Positions 25,236 through 35,177 of a DNA stretch of 38,691 nt are shown in pieces. Source of the DNA: Patescibacteria group bacterium. GTDB taxonomy: Bacteria > Patescibacteriota > Minisyncoccia > Phycocordibacterales > VMEP01. The translations under genes and the position numbers were made by a program. The DNA is taken from assembly GCA_038065675.1 (NCBI GenBank), contig JBBTQM010000025.1, forward strand, positions 1 to 38,691, given 5' to 3'. Every line of letters starts with the position of its first letter. The stretch's first letter is position 1. The notes beneath the pieces are model-generated. The model made no database searches. It saw only the letters and a program-made list of their open reading frames with translations, and was not told the origin of the DNA.

Positions 25236-25329
25236 GGTGCATATATCTTACGGGAAAGAATGGGGCTATGCAAATAATTTCCCCCGTAGTGTATAATTAA
25301 GCATAGATTAACAGCCATAAAAACGCGAA

Positions 25330-25506
25330 AATGTTTGAAAAATTTTTCGGAGAAAAAGACGAAACGGAGAAAAAAATGTCTGGTACCGTAGAAGGCAGAA
25401 ATGAACCCTTAACGGACGAATCAGGAGTTGTTTTAACTCCTAGGGAAGAGGATGAAGAGTTTAAAAGAAGAATGGACGACCCGAATTGGATTAGGGAACA
25501 AAAATA
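25330..25506 (+). CDS. Possible 58-aa acidic small protein upstream of pth
   Basis: ORF MFEKFFGEKDETEKKMSGTVEGRNEPLTDESGVVLTPREEDEEFKRRMDDPNWIREQK read from the sequence. Below the track cutoff. Confidence 0.25.
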
Positions 25507-25571
25507 ATCTTTGGCAAAAACCGGGCGCCGCTCGGTTTTTGCTTTATTAAGAATAATTGCAGGCAGAATTT

Positions 25572-26159
25572 ATGATTACAATAATCGGCCTCGGAAACCC
25601 GGGCGAAGAATACGAAAATACGCGGCATAATACCGGACGCATGATACTGGAGGCGTTTCGCAAAAAATTGTGCTTTTCTGAATGGGAGAGCGACAAAAAA
25701 TCGCGTTCGCTCATCTCCGCCGGCAAAGTTGGCAAGGAGAAGGCAGTTCTCGTTCTTCCGGAGACTTTCATGAACAAGTCCGGCTTAAGCGTGGGAGCAT
25801 TTGTTAAATCAAAAAAAGCCGCCGAATCTCTTATCGTCGTTCACGATGATTTAGACTTGCCTTTGGGCGCGATGAAAATATCTTTTAACCGCGGAAGCGG
25901 CGGGCACAAAGGAATTGAATCAATCAAAAGGGGTATCAAAACGGAAGCGTTTATTCGCGTGCGCATCGGCATTTCACCCGCAACCCCCTCGGGAAAAACA
26001 AAAAAACCGAAAGGGGACAAAGCCGTCGGCGATTTCATTCTGGGTAAATTTAAACCGAAAGAAGCGGAAGTAATTAAGAAATTAAGTAAAAAAGTAATTG
26101 AAGCAATTAAAATACTTATTACCGAGGGCCGCGAAAAAGCAATGAATGCATTAAACTGA
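25572..26159 (+). CDS. pth: Peptidyl-tRNA hydrolase
   Basis: MITIIGLGNPGEEYENTRHNTG N-terminal signature, catalytic His. Start at the internal Met; the track ORF is over-extended. Confidence 0.9.
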   Translation: MITIIGLGNPGEEYENTRHNTGRMILEAFRKKLCFSEWESDKKSRSLISAGKVGKEKAVLVLPETFMNKSGLSVGAFVKSKKAAESLIVVHDDLDLPLGAMKISFNRGSGGHKGIESIKRGIKTEAFIRVRIGISPATPSGKTKKPKGDKAVGDFILGKFKPKEAEVIKKLSKKVIEAIKILITEGREKAMNALN

Positions 26160-26164
26160 CGACC

Positions 26165-26240
26165 CACTACCTACAACTTACAACAAAAACCACCATTGTA
26201 TGGATTTTGTCAATTGTTTGTTGTGAGTTGTTGGTTTTCT
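26165..26240. repeat. GT-rich imperfect hairpin repeat (ctacaacttacaacaaaaaccaccattg ... caattgtttgttgtgagttgttggtt), family member 1
   Basis: Shares the block gttgtgagttgttggtt with 31966-31994. Imperfect inverted repeat structure. Confidence 0.6.
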
Positions 26241-27416
26241 CTATTTCTTTTCTCCGTACGTGAGCGTCATTCTTTGCTCCTTCGGTTCAAAGAAAGTGAT
26301 TTGGAAATCGTAGGTCTTGCCGAGCTCAAGCGCCGCGCGCAATTTTTCGTCGGAACCGAATTCCGAAACATGGACAAGTCCCGCCACTCCTTCCTCTATT
26401 GATACGAGCGCGCCGTGTTTGTTGAATTTTATAACAACACCTTTAACCGTATCGCTTTTCTTGTATTTATTTTCCGCTTCTTTCCACGGATTTTCCTTAA
26501 GCGATTTTATGGAAAGGGAAATCTTGCCGTCTTTTATTTCAATCACTTTGGCGCGCACTTTGTCGCCAACCTTAAATAACGCCCTGGGGTCTTCAACAAG
26601 CCCCCAATCAATTTCGGAAATGTGCACGAGTCCTTCCAACCCCTCCTCGATTTTTAAGAAGATGCCGAAATCAACTATGCCGGTAACGATTCCCTCAACT
26701 TCATCGCCCAGAGAATATTTTTCAATGATTTCGCCGCGGTCTTTCTGGTCCAAATCTTTCTCGGAGAAAATAAGTTTTCCTTCTTTGGGCGAAGCGGAAA
26801 TAATTGATACGGAAAGGCGCTCCCCCACGAGTTTTTTCAATTCTTTTAAAATTTTATCCTTATCGCCGTCGTCTATGCGCGGGTAGTGCTCTGATTTCAA
26901 TTGCGAAGCGGGAAGAAATCCCTGTATGCCTTGCCATTCCATTATCAAACCCCCCTTATTGGCATCTTTCACCAAAACGTCAATGACGCGCTTTTCGCGG
27001 ATTGCTATGTCCGCCTCGCTCCAGATAAGAGCTTGGCGCGCCTCTTTGAGCGACAACTCCACATAACCGTCTTCATTTTCTTTCTCAACTACTTTCGCCT
27101 TGACGATGTCGCCGATGTTTATTTTTTTTATGACATCGCGGGCATTCATGTATTCCATCCCGTAAATTATTCCGACTCCGAAAGGATGAAGGTCAACGTA
27201 AACGGCGCCGCCTTCAACGGCGATGACCGGTCCTTCCACCAAATCTTCAACTTCCGGCGAGCGAGCGCTTTTTTCGAGAATATCTTTCATCGGTCCGTCG
27301 GCCATTACAACTTCCCCCTTTTTTGGTTTCTCGGTTTTCTTGGCGCTTTCTTTCGCGGTTTCTTTTTCATCGGCGATGGAAAGCCCTTTTTTTATTCGTT
27401 TTAGTAAATCTGCCAT
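26241..27416 (-). CDS. rpsA: 30S ribosomal protein S1 (four S1 domains)
   Basis: Repeated S1-domain patterns (GxVxG.V..I..fGaFV). 391 aa. Confidence 0.8.
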   Translation of the reverse strand: MADLLKRIKKGLSIADEKETAKESAKKTEKPKKGEVVMADGPMKDILEKSARSPEVEDLVEGPVIAVEGGAVYVDLHPFGVGIIYGMEYMNARDVIKKINIGDIVKAKVVEKENEDGYVELSLKEARQALIWSEADIAIREKRVIDVLVKDANKGGLIMEWQGIQGFLPASQLKSEHYPRIDDGDKDKILKELKKLVGERLSVSIISASPKEGKLIFSEKDLDQKDRGEIIEKYSLGDEVEGIVTGIVDFGIFLKIEEGLEGLVHISEIDWGLVEDPRALFKVGDKVRAKVIEIKDGKISLSIKSLKENPWKEAENKYKKSDTVKGVVIKFNKHGALVSIEEGVAGLVHVSEFGSDEKLRAALELGKTYDFQITFFEPKEQRMTLTYGEKK

Positions 27417-27910
27417 ATTTTATTCGTGTTGTTTCTTTGGTTTTTCCCCTTAAAAACAAAAATATCCGCCCAAGGCGGATTTGTGTGTGCTCAGGGTTCC
27501 CGCCTTGTCCCGCCGTTGGCGGGATGAAGCGGGAGGTTATCCTAAACATCCGCTGTTAAATATGTGTTCCGAGTATATAGAAATGGGGGAATAAGGTCAA
27601 TGGTAAGGGATTAGTTGGCAGGAGTTAGGAATTAGGTAAAATCTTTATTTAAATTTCACGGGGTCAAATGAAAAAGGCGGCACCGTGTTCTGATTTGGTA
27701 CCGCCTAGGCGTTGGTTAGCTACTTTTATTTAGGAAGGCCACTACCTTTCCCGTTTTCCCCCGCCCGTAGGGAAGTGGCTTTTTATGCTCGGCGCCCGCA
27801 GGCACCTACACGAATCCTTCCCCGCCAAAAGACTGAGCTTTTGATGAGTCGGGATTTTGCGTGGATTCCTCCTTCTTTGTGTTTTCGCGAGTATAGGGGA
27901 GAAAAACACT

Positions 27911-27956
27911 CTCCGGGCGGGGCGGCTGGCTTTTGGCCGCCGCCCCGCCCGCGTAG
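27911..27956 (-). terminator. Strong minus-strand rho-independent terminator (gggcggggcggc-ggccaaaagcca-gccgccccgccc followed by T-run)
   Basis: Perfect 12-bp GC stem. On the minus strand it is followed by gagagtgtttttct. Confidence 0.6.
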
Positions 27957-27990
27957 AGCGCGCCATGTCGAAATGCTCGTCCGAGCGCGC

Positions 27991-28100
27991 TTACTGCCCG
28001 CCATCCCCTCTGGCTGTCCCGTGTTGGGGCGGCGGTTTCCTGCGGCTACTGCCCGCCATCCCCTCTGGCTGTCCCGTGTTGGGGCGGCGGTTTACTGCGG
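27991..28100. repeat. 2 x 55-bp tandem repeat (tactgcccgccatcccctctggctgtcccgtgttggggcggcggtttcctgcggc)
   Basis: Units at 27991-28045 and 28046-28100 differ by 1-2 nt. Located in the GC-rich block between a 44-codon ORF and its terminator. Confidence 0.8.
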
Positions 28101-28110
28101 TTGCTGCCGG

Positions 28111-28245
28111 TCAGGCTGGCGCCGTGGTCATGCCCTGGTAATTGGCGCCGGCGGCGACGGCCGTCTTGCCGAACGTGATGGTGTTGCCCTTGCCGAAGTT
28201 GACATTATTGGTGCACTCGGTGCCGCTGGGTTTCTCTTTCTCCAT
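28111..28245 (-). CDS. Small ORF (44 aa) with canonical SD: MEKEKPSGTECTNNVNFGKGNTITFGKTAVAAGANYQGMTTAPA
   Basis: AAGGAGG lies 5 nt upstream of the ATG on the minus strand. The ORF is followed by the tandem repeats and a strong terminator. No homology recognised. Confidence 0.4.
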   Translation of the reverse strand: MEKEKPSGTECTNNVNFGKGNTITFGKTAVAAGANYQGMTTAPA

Positions 28246-28403
28246 ACACCTCCTTCGCAACGAACAGCGCTCGACTTTTTTAGGACAGCCGAACAGGACC
28301 TTACTTCTATAGGGTATTATACCAAAACCACACTATTTTTGTCAAGTCAACCCCATCATCCGGTGTTTGTTATTAGTTATTTGTTATTGGTATACTGTTC
28401 CCT

Positions 28404-29066
28404 ATGATCATCACTTACTTCGGCAAGGAATTTTTCAAAGTTCAAGTCGGCGACACCGTTTTGGCTTTTAATCCGATCAGCAAGGATTCCAAATTGAAAA
28501 CTTCGCGCTTCGGCGCCGACATCGCGCTTATTACCGTAAACCACGAAGATTACAACGGCGCCGACCAGGTTTCTTTCGGCGAAAAAAATCCGCTGATTCT
28601 TTCCGGCCCGGGAGAATACGAAACAAAAGGAATTTTCATAAGAGGAATTCCCTCGGAATCTTCGGCGGGCGACGGCCTGCCTGCGCCGGGGGTGCCACGG
28701 CAGGCAGGCAAAAAAATAAACACCATTTACACCCTTTCGGTGGACAAAATGAACATTTGTTTTTTGGGAGCGCTTTCTTCAAAAGCCCTGCCGGCGGAGT
28801 CGCGCGAAGCCATAGACGGCGTGGATATTCTTTTTGTGCCTATTGGCGGCGAGGGAGTCCTTAGTCCGGCGGACGCTTACAGTATCGCGGTATCCATAGA
28901 GCCGAAAGTTATTATTCCCATGGATTATGGAGATGAGGCGGTGCTTAAAAAATTCCTGAAAGAAGGCGGCGCGGAAAAGGCGGAGCCGCTTGATAAATTC
29001 ACCGTAAAACAAAAAGACATAGAAGGGATGGAGGGAGAAATAATCGTCCTTACTCCGTCGGCGTGA
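28404..29066 (+). CDS. MBL-fold metal-dependent hydrolase-like protein
   Basis: 220 aa. Beta-lactamase-superfamily-like pattern (ADIALITVNHEDYNGAD ... DILFVPIGGEG ... IIPMDYGD). The HxHxDH motif is degenerate. Confidence 0.45.
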   Translation: MIITYFGKEFFKVQVGDTVLAFNPISKDSKLKTSRFGADIALITVNHEDYNGADQVSFGEKNPLILSGPGEYETKGIFIRGIPSESSAGDGLPAPGVPRQAGKKINTIYTLSVDKMNICFLGALSSKALPAESREAIDGVDILFVPIGGEGVLSPADAYSIAVSIEPKVIIPMDYGDEAVLKKFLKEGGAEKAEPLDKFTVKQKDIEGMEGEIIVLTPSA

Positions 29067-29115
29067 TAATTTTTAATTTTAAATTTTTAATTTTTAAACA
29101 AGGAACATTAATGCC

Positions 29116-29364
29116 ATGAAAAAATATATCGAACATTTGCAAAAAAAACCGGAACACGTGCGCCGGAAAATTCTCATAATTTTGGTTCCTGTTTTTACCA
29201 TAATCATTGCTTCTTCTTGGCTTTCAATTAAAAAATTATCGCCTTCCTCGGGTAACGTTGCCGCCGTAAGGGCCGCGGCGCCGTCGGAAATTTTTGGCGG
29301 CGATTTGAAGTCTATTTGGGGGAGCTTAAAAGAGGGAATAATAAGGGTTTTTCAGGGGAAATAA
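29116..29364 (+). CDS. Hypothetical small membrane protein upstream of gyrA
   Basis: 82 aa. One TM helix (ILIILVPVFTIIIASSWL). Confidence 0.4.
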   Translation: MKKYIEHLQKKPEHVRRKILIILVPVFTIIIASSWLSIKKLSPSSGNVAAVRAAAPSEIFGGDLKSIWGSLKEGIIRVFQGK

Positions 29365-29419
29365 CCTCCTAAAATCGCTTTTAAAATCATAGCCAATGTG
29401 CTAAAATAGGTCTATAAAT

Positions 29420-31888
29420 ATGGCTCAAAAAGAAGACAAGACCCCGCCGGAAACAGGGGATATTGGAAAAAATATCATCGGCGTCAATATAAGCTCCGAA
29501 ATGAAGGTGTCTTATCTTGACTACGCCATGTCGGTTATCACCTCCCGCGCTCTTCCGGACGTCAGAGACGGCTTAAAACCGGTGCACCGGCGAATTCTTT
29601 ACGCCATGCAGGAGTTGGGGCTTACGGCTTCCGCAAAATCAAGGAAGTCGGCGGCGGTTGTCGGTGAAGTTTTGGGTAAATACCATCCGCACGGCGACAC
29701 GGCGGTTTACGATGCCATGGTGAAAATGGCGCAAGATTTTTCGCACCGTTACCCTCTGATTATCGGCCAGGGAAACTTCGGTTCAATAGATGGAGACAAT
29801 GCCGCGGCCATGCGATATACCGAAGCGAAAATGTCGCGCATCGCAAGCGAACTTTTGCGTGACCTTGAAAAGGAGACCGTTGAATGGCGCCCCAACTACG
29901 ATGCCACGCGCAATGAGCCGGTAGTTTTCCCCGCGGCGGTTCCCAATTTGCTTTTAAACGGAACGTTAGGCATCGCCGTCGGCATGGCGACTTCCATCCC
30001 GCCGCACAATTTGGGGGAAGTTTTGGACGCGACCGCGCACCTCATAGACAATCCGGATGCTTCCACTGAAGATTTGACTCAATTCATAGCCGGCCCTGAT
30101 TTCCCGACCGGCGGAATAATTTTCGGCGCCAAGGATTTGCAACATGCGTACGCTTCCGGACGCGGAGGAATCGTCTGCCGCGGCGAAACGGAAATTCTGG
30201 AAAAAAAGAACGGGCAATACGAAATAATCGTTTCCTCCATTCCTTACCGCATTAATAAAAGCGATTTGATTGTCCACATGGCTGATCTTGTTCGCGAGAA
30301 AAGGATTGACGGCATACGCGATATCCGCGACGAATCGACAAAAGACATCCGCATTGTCGTGGAATTGAAACAAGGGGCTGAGCCGCAGAAAGTTTTGAAT
30401 TATTTGTACAAACACACCGAACTTGAATCGGCTTTCCATTTCAACATGCTCGCTCTCGTTGACGGCACGCCGCAGACGCTTTCTCTTAAGGGGATGCTTT
30501 CGGAATTTATAAAGCACCGCGAAAATGTTGTGCGCCGCCGTACAATTTACGACTTGAGAAAGGCGGAAGAGCGCGAACACATATTGCTCGGCCTCAAAAA
30601 AGCTTTAGACCACATAGATAAAATCATAAAGACCATCAAAGCCTCAAAGGATACCGGCGCGGCGCACGTTAACTTGATGAAAGAATTCAAATTCTCGGCG
30701 CTTCAGGCTACGGCGATTTTGGAAATGAAATTGCAAAAACTTGCCGGACTTGAGCGCAAGAAAATTGAAGACGAACTTCATGAAATAGAAGAGTTCATCA
30801 AGAAAATGAAAGACCTTCTTTCAAGCCCCAAGAAAATTTTAAATGTCATCAAAGGCGAACTTCTGGAAATCCGCGGAAAATACGCCGACCCGCGCCGGAC
30901 GAAAATCGTCAAAGGGGGAGTCAAGATTTTATCCGACGAAGACTTGGTGGCGGAAAAGGAGTCGGTTCTTGTTTTCACCGAAGGCGGATACGTCAAGCGC
31001 ACGGACCCATCCGAATATCGCACGCAGAAACGCGGCGGTGTCGGTGTCGTTGATTTGGACACCAAGGACGAAGATTTCGTCCGTATACTTTTTCACACCA
31101 GTACCCATTCCGACCTGCTGTTCTTTACCGACCGCGGGAAAGCTTATCAGATGAAAATGTACGAGATTTCCGAAGCAAGGCGCGCCACGCGCGGAAAATC
31201 AATAATGAATTTTCTCTCTCTTGCCGGTAACGAGCGCGTAACCTCCATTCTTCCGATGACGAAATCAATGAAGGGAATAAAATGCTCGTTAGTAATGGTC
31301 ACGAAGAAAGGGATTATAAAAAAAGTGGCGGCGGACGCTTTCAAGGATGTGCGCCGTAGCGGCCTTATCGCCATAAAGCTGAAAGACGGGGATGAACTTT
31401 TGTCGGCTCTTTTCACCGAGCGAGGCGACGAGATAATTTTAACCACCGAAAACGGGCAATCCATAAGATTTAAAGAATCCGACGCTCGCGAGATGGGGCG
31501 TGGCGCTTCCGGTGTCAGAGCCATGTCGCTTCGCAAGGGAGACGGCATAGTCGGTGCCGACGTGGTTAAGGGAGGAAATAAAAATGGAGTTCTTTTGGTC
31601 ATGTCGTCTCACGGATACGGCAAGAAAACTCCCCTTAAAGAATATAAAGTTCAGCGCCGCGGCGGTTCCGGCATAAAAACCATGAAAATTACGCCGAAGA
31701 CGGGCAAGCTTGTGGTGAGCAAGGTCGTTATGGATGAAGAGATAAAAGAAGTTATTTCCATGTCAAAGAAAAGCCAGGTGGTGCGCGTTACTTTCGACAG
31801 TATCCCGTCGCTCAAAAGGCAGTCGCAGGGGGTGCGCATCATGAAGCTCCGCGAAGGCGATGCCATAGCATCTCTCACTTGCCTTTAA
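29420..31888 (+). CDS. gyrA: DNA gyrase subunit A
   Basis: N-terminal [32 protein letters not shown] with catalytic Tyr context. 822 aa. C-terminal beta-pinwheel repeats. Confidence 0.95.
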   Translation: MAQKEDKTPPETGDIGKNIIGVNISSEMKVSYLDYAMSVITSRALPDVRDGLKPVHRRILYAMQELGLTASAKSRKSAAVVGEVLGKYHPHGDTAVYDAMVKMAQDFSHRYPLIIGQGNFGSIDGDNAAAMRYTEAKMSRIASELLRDLEKETVEWRPNYDATRNEPVVFPAAVPNLLLNGTLGIAVGMATSIPPHNLGEVLDATAHLIDNPDASTEDLTQFIAGPDFPTGGIIFGAKDLQHAYASGRGGIVCRGETEILEKKNGQYEIIVSSIPYRINKSDLIVHMADLVREKRIDGIRDIRDESTKDIRIVVELKQGAEPQKVLNYLYKHTELESAFHFNMLALVDGTPQTLSLKGMLSEFIKHRENVVRRRTIYDLRKAEEREHILLGLKKALDHIDKIIKTIKASKDTGAAHVNLMKEFKFSALQATAILEMKLQKLAGLERKKIEDELHEIEEFIKKMKDLLSSPKKILNVIKGELLEIRGKYADPRRTKIVKGGVKILSDEDLVAEKESVLVFTEGGYVKRTDPSEYRTQKRGGVGVVDLDTKDEDFVRILFHTSTHSDLLFFTDRGKAYQMKMYEISEARRATRGKSIMNFLSLAGNERVTSILPMTKSMKGIKCSLVMVTKKGIIKKVAADAFKDVRRSGLIAIKLKDGDELLSALFTERGDEIILTTENGQSIRFKESDAREMGRGASGVRAMSLRKGDGIVGADVVKGGNKNGVLLVMSSHGYGKKTPLKEYKVQRRGGSGIKTMKITPKTGKLVVSKVVMDEEIKEVISMSKKSQVVRVTFDSIPSLKRQSQGVRIMKLREGDAIASLTCL

Positions 31889-31894
31889 GAAACC

Positions 31895-31995
31895 AACAAC
31901 CGATGACTGACAACCCACAACTAACAATGAAAATTAGTAAAATAAGGTATCATATTATTGTAGGTCATTGGTTGTGAGTTGTTGGTTGTAGGTTA
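31895..31995. repeat. GT-rich imperfect hairpin repeat, family member 2 (…caacaaccgatgactgacaacccacaactaacaatg … cattggttgtgagttgttggttgtaggtt)
   Basis: Long imperfect inverted repeat after gyrA. Shares gttgtgagttgttggtt with 26214-26238. Confidence 0.6.
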
Positions 31996-32006
31996 TTTAT
32001 ATTTAT

Positions 32007-32534
32007 ATGGCGTTCGTACTTCCCGAAGAAATAATAAAAAATCTCTTTTTGAATGAAGGCATGCATGTTGCCGATTTCGGCGCCGGAACAGGAGCTTTCT
32101 CTATCGCGGCGGGAAAACTTATCGGTTCGGGGCATGTATACGCCATAGAGGTGGTGTCCGACCTTCTCCCGAAAATAAAATCCGACGCGGCGGCGCGCGG
32201 GGTTTTTAATGTGGAAGTTATACGCGGAGACATAGAAACCGTGGGCGGGACTACTCTTTCCGCGAAGTCGGTTGACCGCGTAATCATTTCAAACGTTCTT
32301 TTCCAGGCGGAAGACAAGGAGGGCGTGGCGAAAGAAGCGGCGCGGGTGTTGAAGCCAAATGGCCTGGCGCTTGTCGTGGACTGGTCGGCGTCTTACGGCG
32401 GACTGGGGCCTGCGGATAAAGATGTTTTTCCTAAAGATAAAGCCGTAGCCCTTTTTTTGAATAACGGGTTTGCTTTGGCAAACGAAATTTCCGCCGGAGA
32501 TTTCCATTATGGGTTCGTCGTGCGCCGGCTTTAA
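32007..32534 (+). CDS. Class I SAM-dependent methyltransferase
   Basis: Motif I VADFGAGTGAFS. Motif post-I YAIEV. LKPNGLALVVDW. Confidence 0.75.
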   Translation: MAFVLPEEIIKNLFLNEGMHVADFGAGTGAFSIAAGKLIGSGHVYAIEVVSDLLPKIKSDAAARGVFNVEVIRGDIETVGGTTLSAKSVDRVIISNVLFQAEDKEGVAKEAARVLKPNGLALVVDWSASYGGLGPADKDVFPKDKAVALFLNNGFALANEISAGDFHYGFVVRRL

Positions 32535-32537
32535 ATT

Positions 32538-33845
32538 ATGAAACAAACAACATTTCAACTTATTGTTCTCGTAGTTTTCGGGTTTTTGGCCGCCGCGTCT
32601 ATTTTTGTATTTTCCGGAATTATCCCGATTTTTAAATCAAGCGATAAAATATCCGGCGAGGTTGTGATTTGGGGAACAATTCCCCAAACGAAAATTTTAA
32701 AACTTATAGAGGAAGTTGGCAGGCAAAACAGCGGGCTTCAGATTTTTTATGTTGAAAAATCAGAGGCGAATTTCGACAAAGATTTTATAGAAGCCCTTGC
32801 CGCGGGGAAAGGCCCGGACGCATTCTTTTTTTCTCAGGATTTTGCTTTCAAATACGCCGACAAATTATTCGTGATTCCTTACAGCTCGCTTTCGGAGCGG
32901 GATTTCAGGAATACTTACGTTGACGAGGCTGAACTTTTTTTGTCCAAAAACGGGGTTTTAGGGCTTCCGATTTATGTTGACCCGATGGTTATGTATTGGA
33001 ACAGAAGCATTTTTTCTTCCTCGGGAATTTCAAAGCCTCCGTCGTATTGGGATGAATTCGCGGCAATGGTTCCCCGCATCGTGAAGCGTGATAAATCCGG
33101 CAATATCACAAGTTCCGCCGTTGCGCTCGGGGAATGGAAAAATATTTCTCACGCCAAAGATATTTTGGCCACTCTTATTATTCAGGCTGGGGCGGGGATT
33201 GTGGAACGCGCTTCAGGTTACGGCGAAGAAAAGGCTAAAGTTTCAATTTTAACCACTCAAAATGTATCGGTTCGTCCGGCCGATTCAGCGCTTAGATTTT
33301 TTACGGAATTTTCGGACGCGGTAAAACCGACTTATTCCTGGAACAAATCGCTTTCAAATTCAACCGATAGTTTTGTGGCGGAGCGCTTGGGACTTTATTT
33401 CGGCTATGCGTCGGAATTCTTGCCGATGCGCTCCAAAAATCCCCACTTGAATTTTGACGTTGTTTCTATGCCCCAAGCTCGCGGCTCGGCAACCAAAACA
33501 AATTTTGGCATGGTTTATTCCATAGGAGTAACGCGGGCCGCAAAAAATCCGGAAGCGGCCTTTTTTGCGGCAACTAAAATATCGGCGCCCCAGTTTTCAG
33601 GAAAACTAGCCGAGAATTTATTTTTAGCGCCCGCGCGCCGAGATTTGCTTGCCGTGAAGAACGAAAATTCGTATCTTCAGTTTTTCAATGAATCAGCTCT
33701 TACGGCGCGCGCCTGGCTTGACCCGATGCCGGAATTAACCGATGCTATTTTTAAAGAGATGATTGAAAGCGTGGTATCCGGCAGCGCGCGCGTTTCCGAG
33801 GCGGTTATGACGGCAAATGAGGAACTTTCCAGACTTATAAGATGA
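32538..33845 (+). CDS. Extracellular solute-binding protein-like (ABC-type SBP family 1 fold), membrane-anchored, orphan
   Basis: N-terminal TM anchor. GEVVIWGTIP....FYVEKSE....EALAAGKGPDAFFFSQDF pattern is typical of SBP_bac_1/8. No permease or ATPase genes adjacent. Confidence 0.6.
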   Translation: MKQTTFQLIVLVVFGFLAAASIFVFSGIIPIFKSSDKISGEVVIWGTIPQTKILKLIEEVGRQNSGLQIFYVEKSEANFDKDFIEALAAGKGPDAFFFSQDFAFKYADKLFVIPYSSLSERDFRNTYVDEAELFLSKNGVLGLPIYVDPMVMYWNRSIFSSSGISKPPSYWDEFAAMVPRIVKRDKSGNITSSAVALGEWKNISHAKDILATLIIQAGAGIVERASGYGEEKAKVSILTTQNVSVRPADSALRFFTEFSDAVKPTYSWNKSLSNSTDSFVAERLGLYFGYASEFLPMRSKNPHLNFDVVSMPQARGSATKTNFGMVYSIGVTRAAKNPEAAFFAATKISAPQFSGKLAENLFLAPARRDLLAVKNENSYLQFFNESALTARAWLDPMPELTDAIFKEMIESVVSGSARVSEAVMTANEELSRLIR

Positions 33846-34216
33846 TGAAAAAAATAACTATCGCCATTTTTTCGTTTTTGCCGCTTTTTGCGCTTGCCGC
33901 CGGGCTTGTCCCGTGCGGCGGGGTTGATACCAATGGCGCGCCGGAACCGGCGTGTAATTTTGACCAGCTGGTCATCATGGCTCAGAGGATAATCCGATTC
34001 CTCATTTTAATCGGCGGGTCTTTGGGCGCGGTTGCTTTCGCTTATGCCGGCTGGCTATATCTCACGAGCGGAGGGAACCCGGGGAAAGTTACTTCCGCAA
34101 AAGACATTTTTATCAAAGTTGTTCTCGGATTTATATTCATGCTTGCCGCATGGCTTATTGTGAGCCTTATAGTAAATACGCTGGGGTATCAAGGAGTGAA
34201 TCTTTTGAAAGGTTGA
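33842..34216 (+). CDS. Secreted two-helix pilin-like protein (TrbC/VirB2- or T4SS-pilin-like), paralog 1
   Basis: Signal peptide ending ALA|AG. Then two hydrophobic helices separated by a short charged loop (…AFAYAGWLYLTSGGNPGKV…VVLGFIFMLAAWLIVSLIVNTLG). Confidence 0.55.
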   Translation: MMKKITIAIFSFLPLFALAAGLVPCGGVDTNGAPEPACNFDQLVIMAQRIIRFLILIGGSLGAVAFAYAGWLYLTSGGNPGKVTSAKDIFIKVVLGFIFMLAAWLIVSLIVNTLGYQGVNLLKG

Positions 34217-34248
34217 AAAATTAAATATAATGTTTAGAGACAACCATA

Positions 34249-34629
34249 ATGGCAATAATTAAATCATCAAAAAAGTTTTTAGGGAAAATTACCGCAACTA
34301 TTTTTACATTGTTCGCGCCGATTTTGGCGTTTGCCCAAGGATATGGGGGAACCCCCGGCGCGAAATTACAAAATCCCCTTAAGGATATAAACGACATTCC
34401 TACTCTGATAGTGGCGATTCTTGACGTGGTGGTCAAGGTGGGCGGCTATATTGCCGTACTCGCCCTTATATACGCCGGTTTTATGTTCGTGAAAGCGCGC
34501 GGTAACCGAGAAGAGCTTGAAACGGCTAAGCGTTCATTTTTTTACATAGTCATAGGAGTGGCGGTTCTCCTTGCCGCCAAAGCCATATCTTTGGGGATAA
34601 GCGCCACTATCAGTAATATTGTGAGATAA
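34249..34629 (+). CDS. Secreted two-helix pilin-like protein, paralog 2
   Basis: Signal peptide ending AFAQ|GY. Helix-loop-helix layout parallel to paralog 1 (…LALIYAGFMFVKARGNREELETAKRSFFYIVIGVAVLLAAKAISLG). Confidence 0.55.
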   Translation: MAIIKSSKKFLGKITATIFTLFAPILAFAQGYGGTPGAKLQNPLKDINDIPTLIVAILDVVVKVGGYIAVLALIYAGFMFVKARGNREELETAKRSFFYIVIGVAVLLAAKAISLGISATISNIVR

Positions 34630-34636
34630 TAAAAGT

Positions 34637-35020
34637 ATGAAGAGAATATCATTGTATTTTGTAACTCTTGGAGTTCTTATCCCTCAGGTCGCTCACGCCC
34701 AGGTGTGCTCTCTTTCAACCATTACTTCTTTTATAAATTGCATCACCGATATCATCTCCGGCTCAATTATCCGTCTTCTGGTCGCCCTTGCCGTCGTATT
34801 TTTTCTTTGGGGCGCGGCAAAATTTCTCAGAAATGCCGAGGATCCCGGGAAACGCGAGGAGGGAAGAATGTTTATGCTTTACGGGGTTATCGCCCTTTTT
34901 GTCATTGTTGCCGTTTGGGGATTAGTGGGGATTCTTGCCAATACATTCGGTATTGATGTCCGCCAGCCGCAGTTTCCCGGAGGAGGCGGCAAGAGTGGCT
35001 ACTGGTCCGACGTATTATAA
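34637..35020 (+). CDS. Secreted two-helix pilin-like protein, paralog 3
   Basis: Signal peptide ending AHAQ|V. Core LVALAVVFFLWGAAKFL-RNAEDPGKREEGR-MFMLYGVIALFVIVAVWGLVGILANTFGI. Gly-rich C-terminal tail. Confidence 0.55.
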   Translation: MKRISLYFVTLGVLIPQVAHAQVCSLSTITSFINCITDIISGSIIRLLVALAVVFFLWGAAKFLRNAEDPGKREEGRMFMLYGVIALFVIVAVWGLVGILANTFGIDVRQPQFPGGGGKSGYWSDVL

Positions 35021-35177
35021 TTTCAACAGGGGAGGAATCCACAGCTTCATTAGCTTAAGAAAGCCGTAATGTAGTATAATAAATGGAGGTATTGGGGAGT
35101 TTTTGCGGCAGGCGCGGCTTCGTTCCGATGTCCGGCAAAATTGTTTATAATTATTATCATTAATAAATTATTGTAGT

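Noticed and set aside
27650-28260. Possible tmRNA, RNase P RNA or SRP RNA in the GC-rich structured block
   Set aside because: No GGAAAGUCCGG/ACAGAACCCGGCUUA-type RNase P motifs were seen. No tRNA-like GGUUCGAnUCC T-arm or ALAA-type tag frame for tmRNA. No SRP domain IV motif. The small ORF has a canonical SD and so behaves like an mRNA.
27712-28407. 231-aa plus-strand ORF, and 27742-28004 and 27857-28141 ORFs, across the GC-rich block
   Set aside because: Arg/Pro/Ala-rich translations reading through terminator hairpins and tandem repeats; artefacts of high GC.
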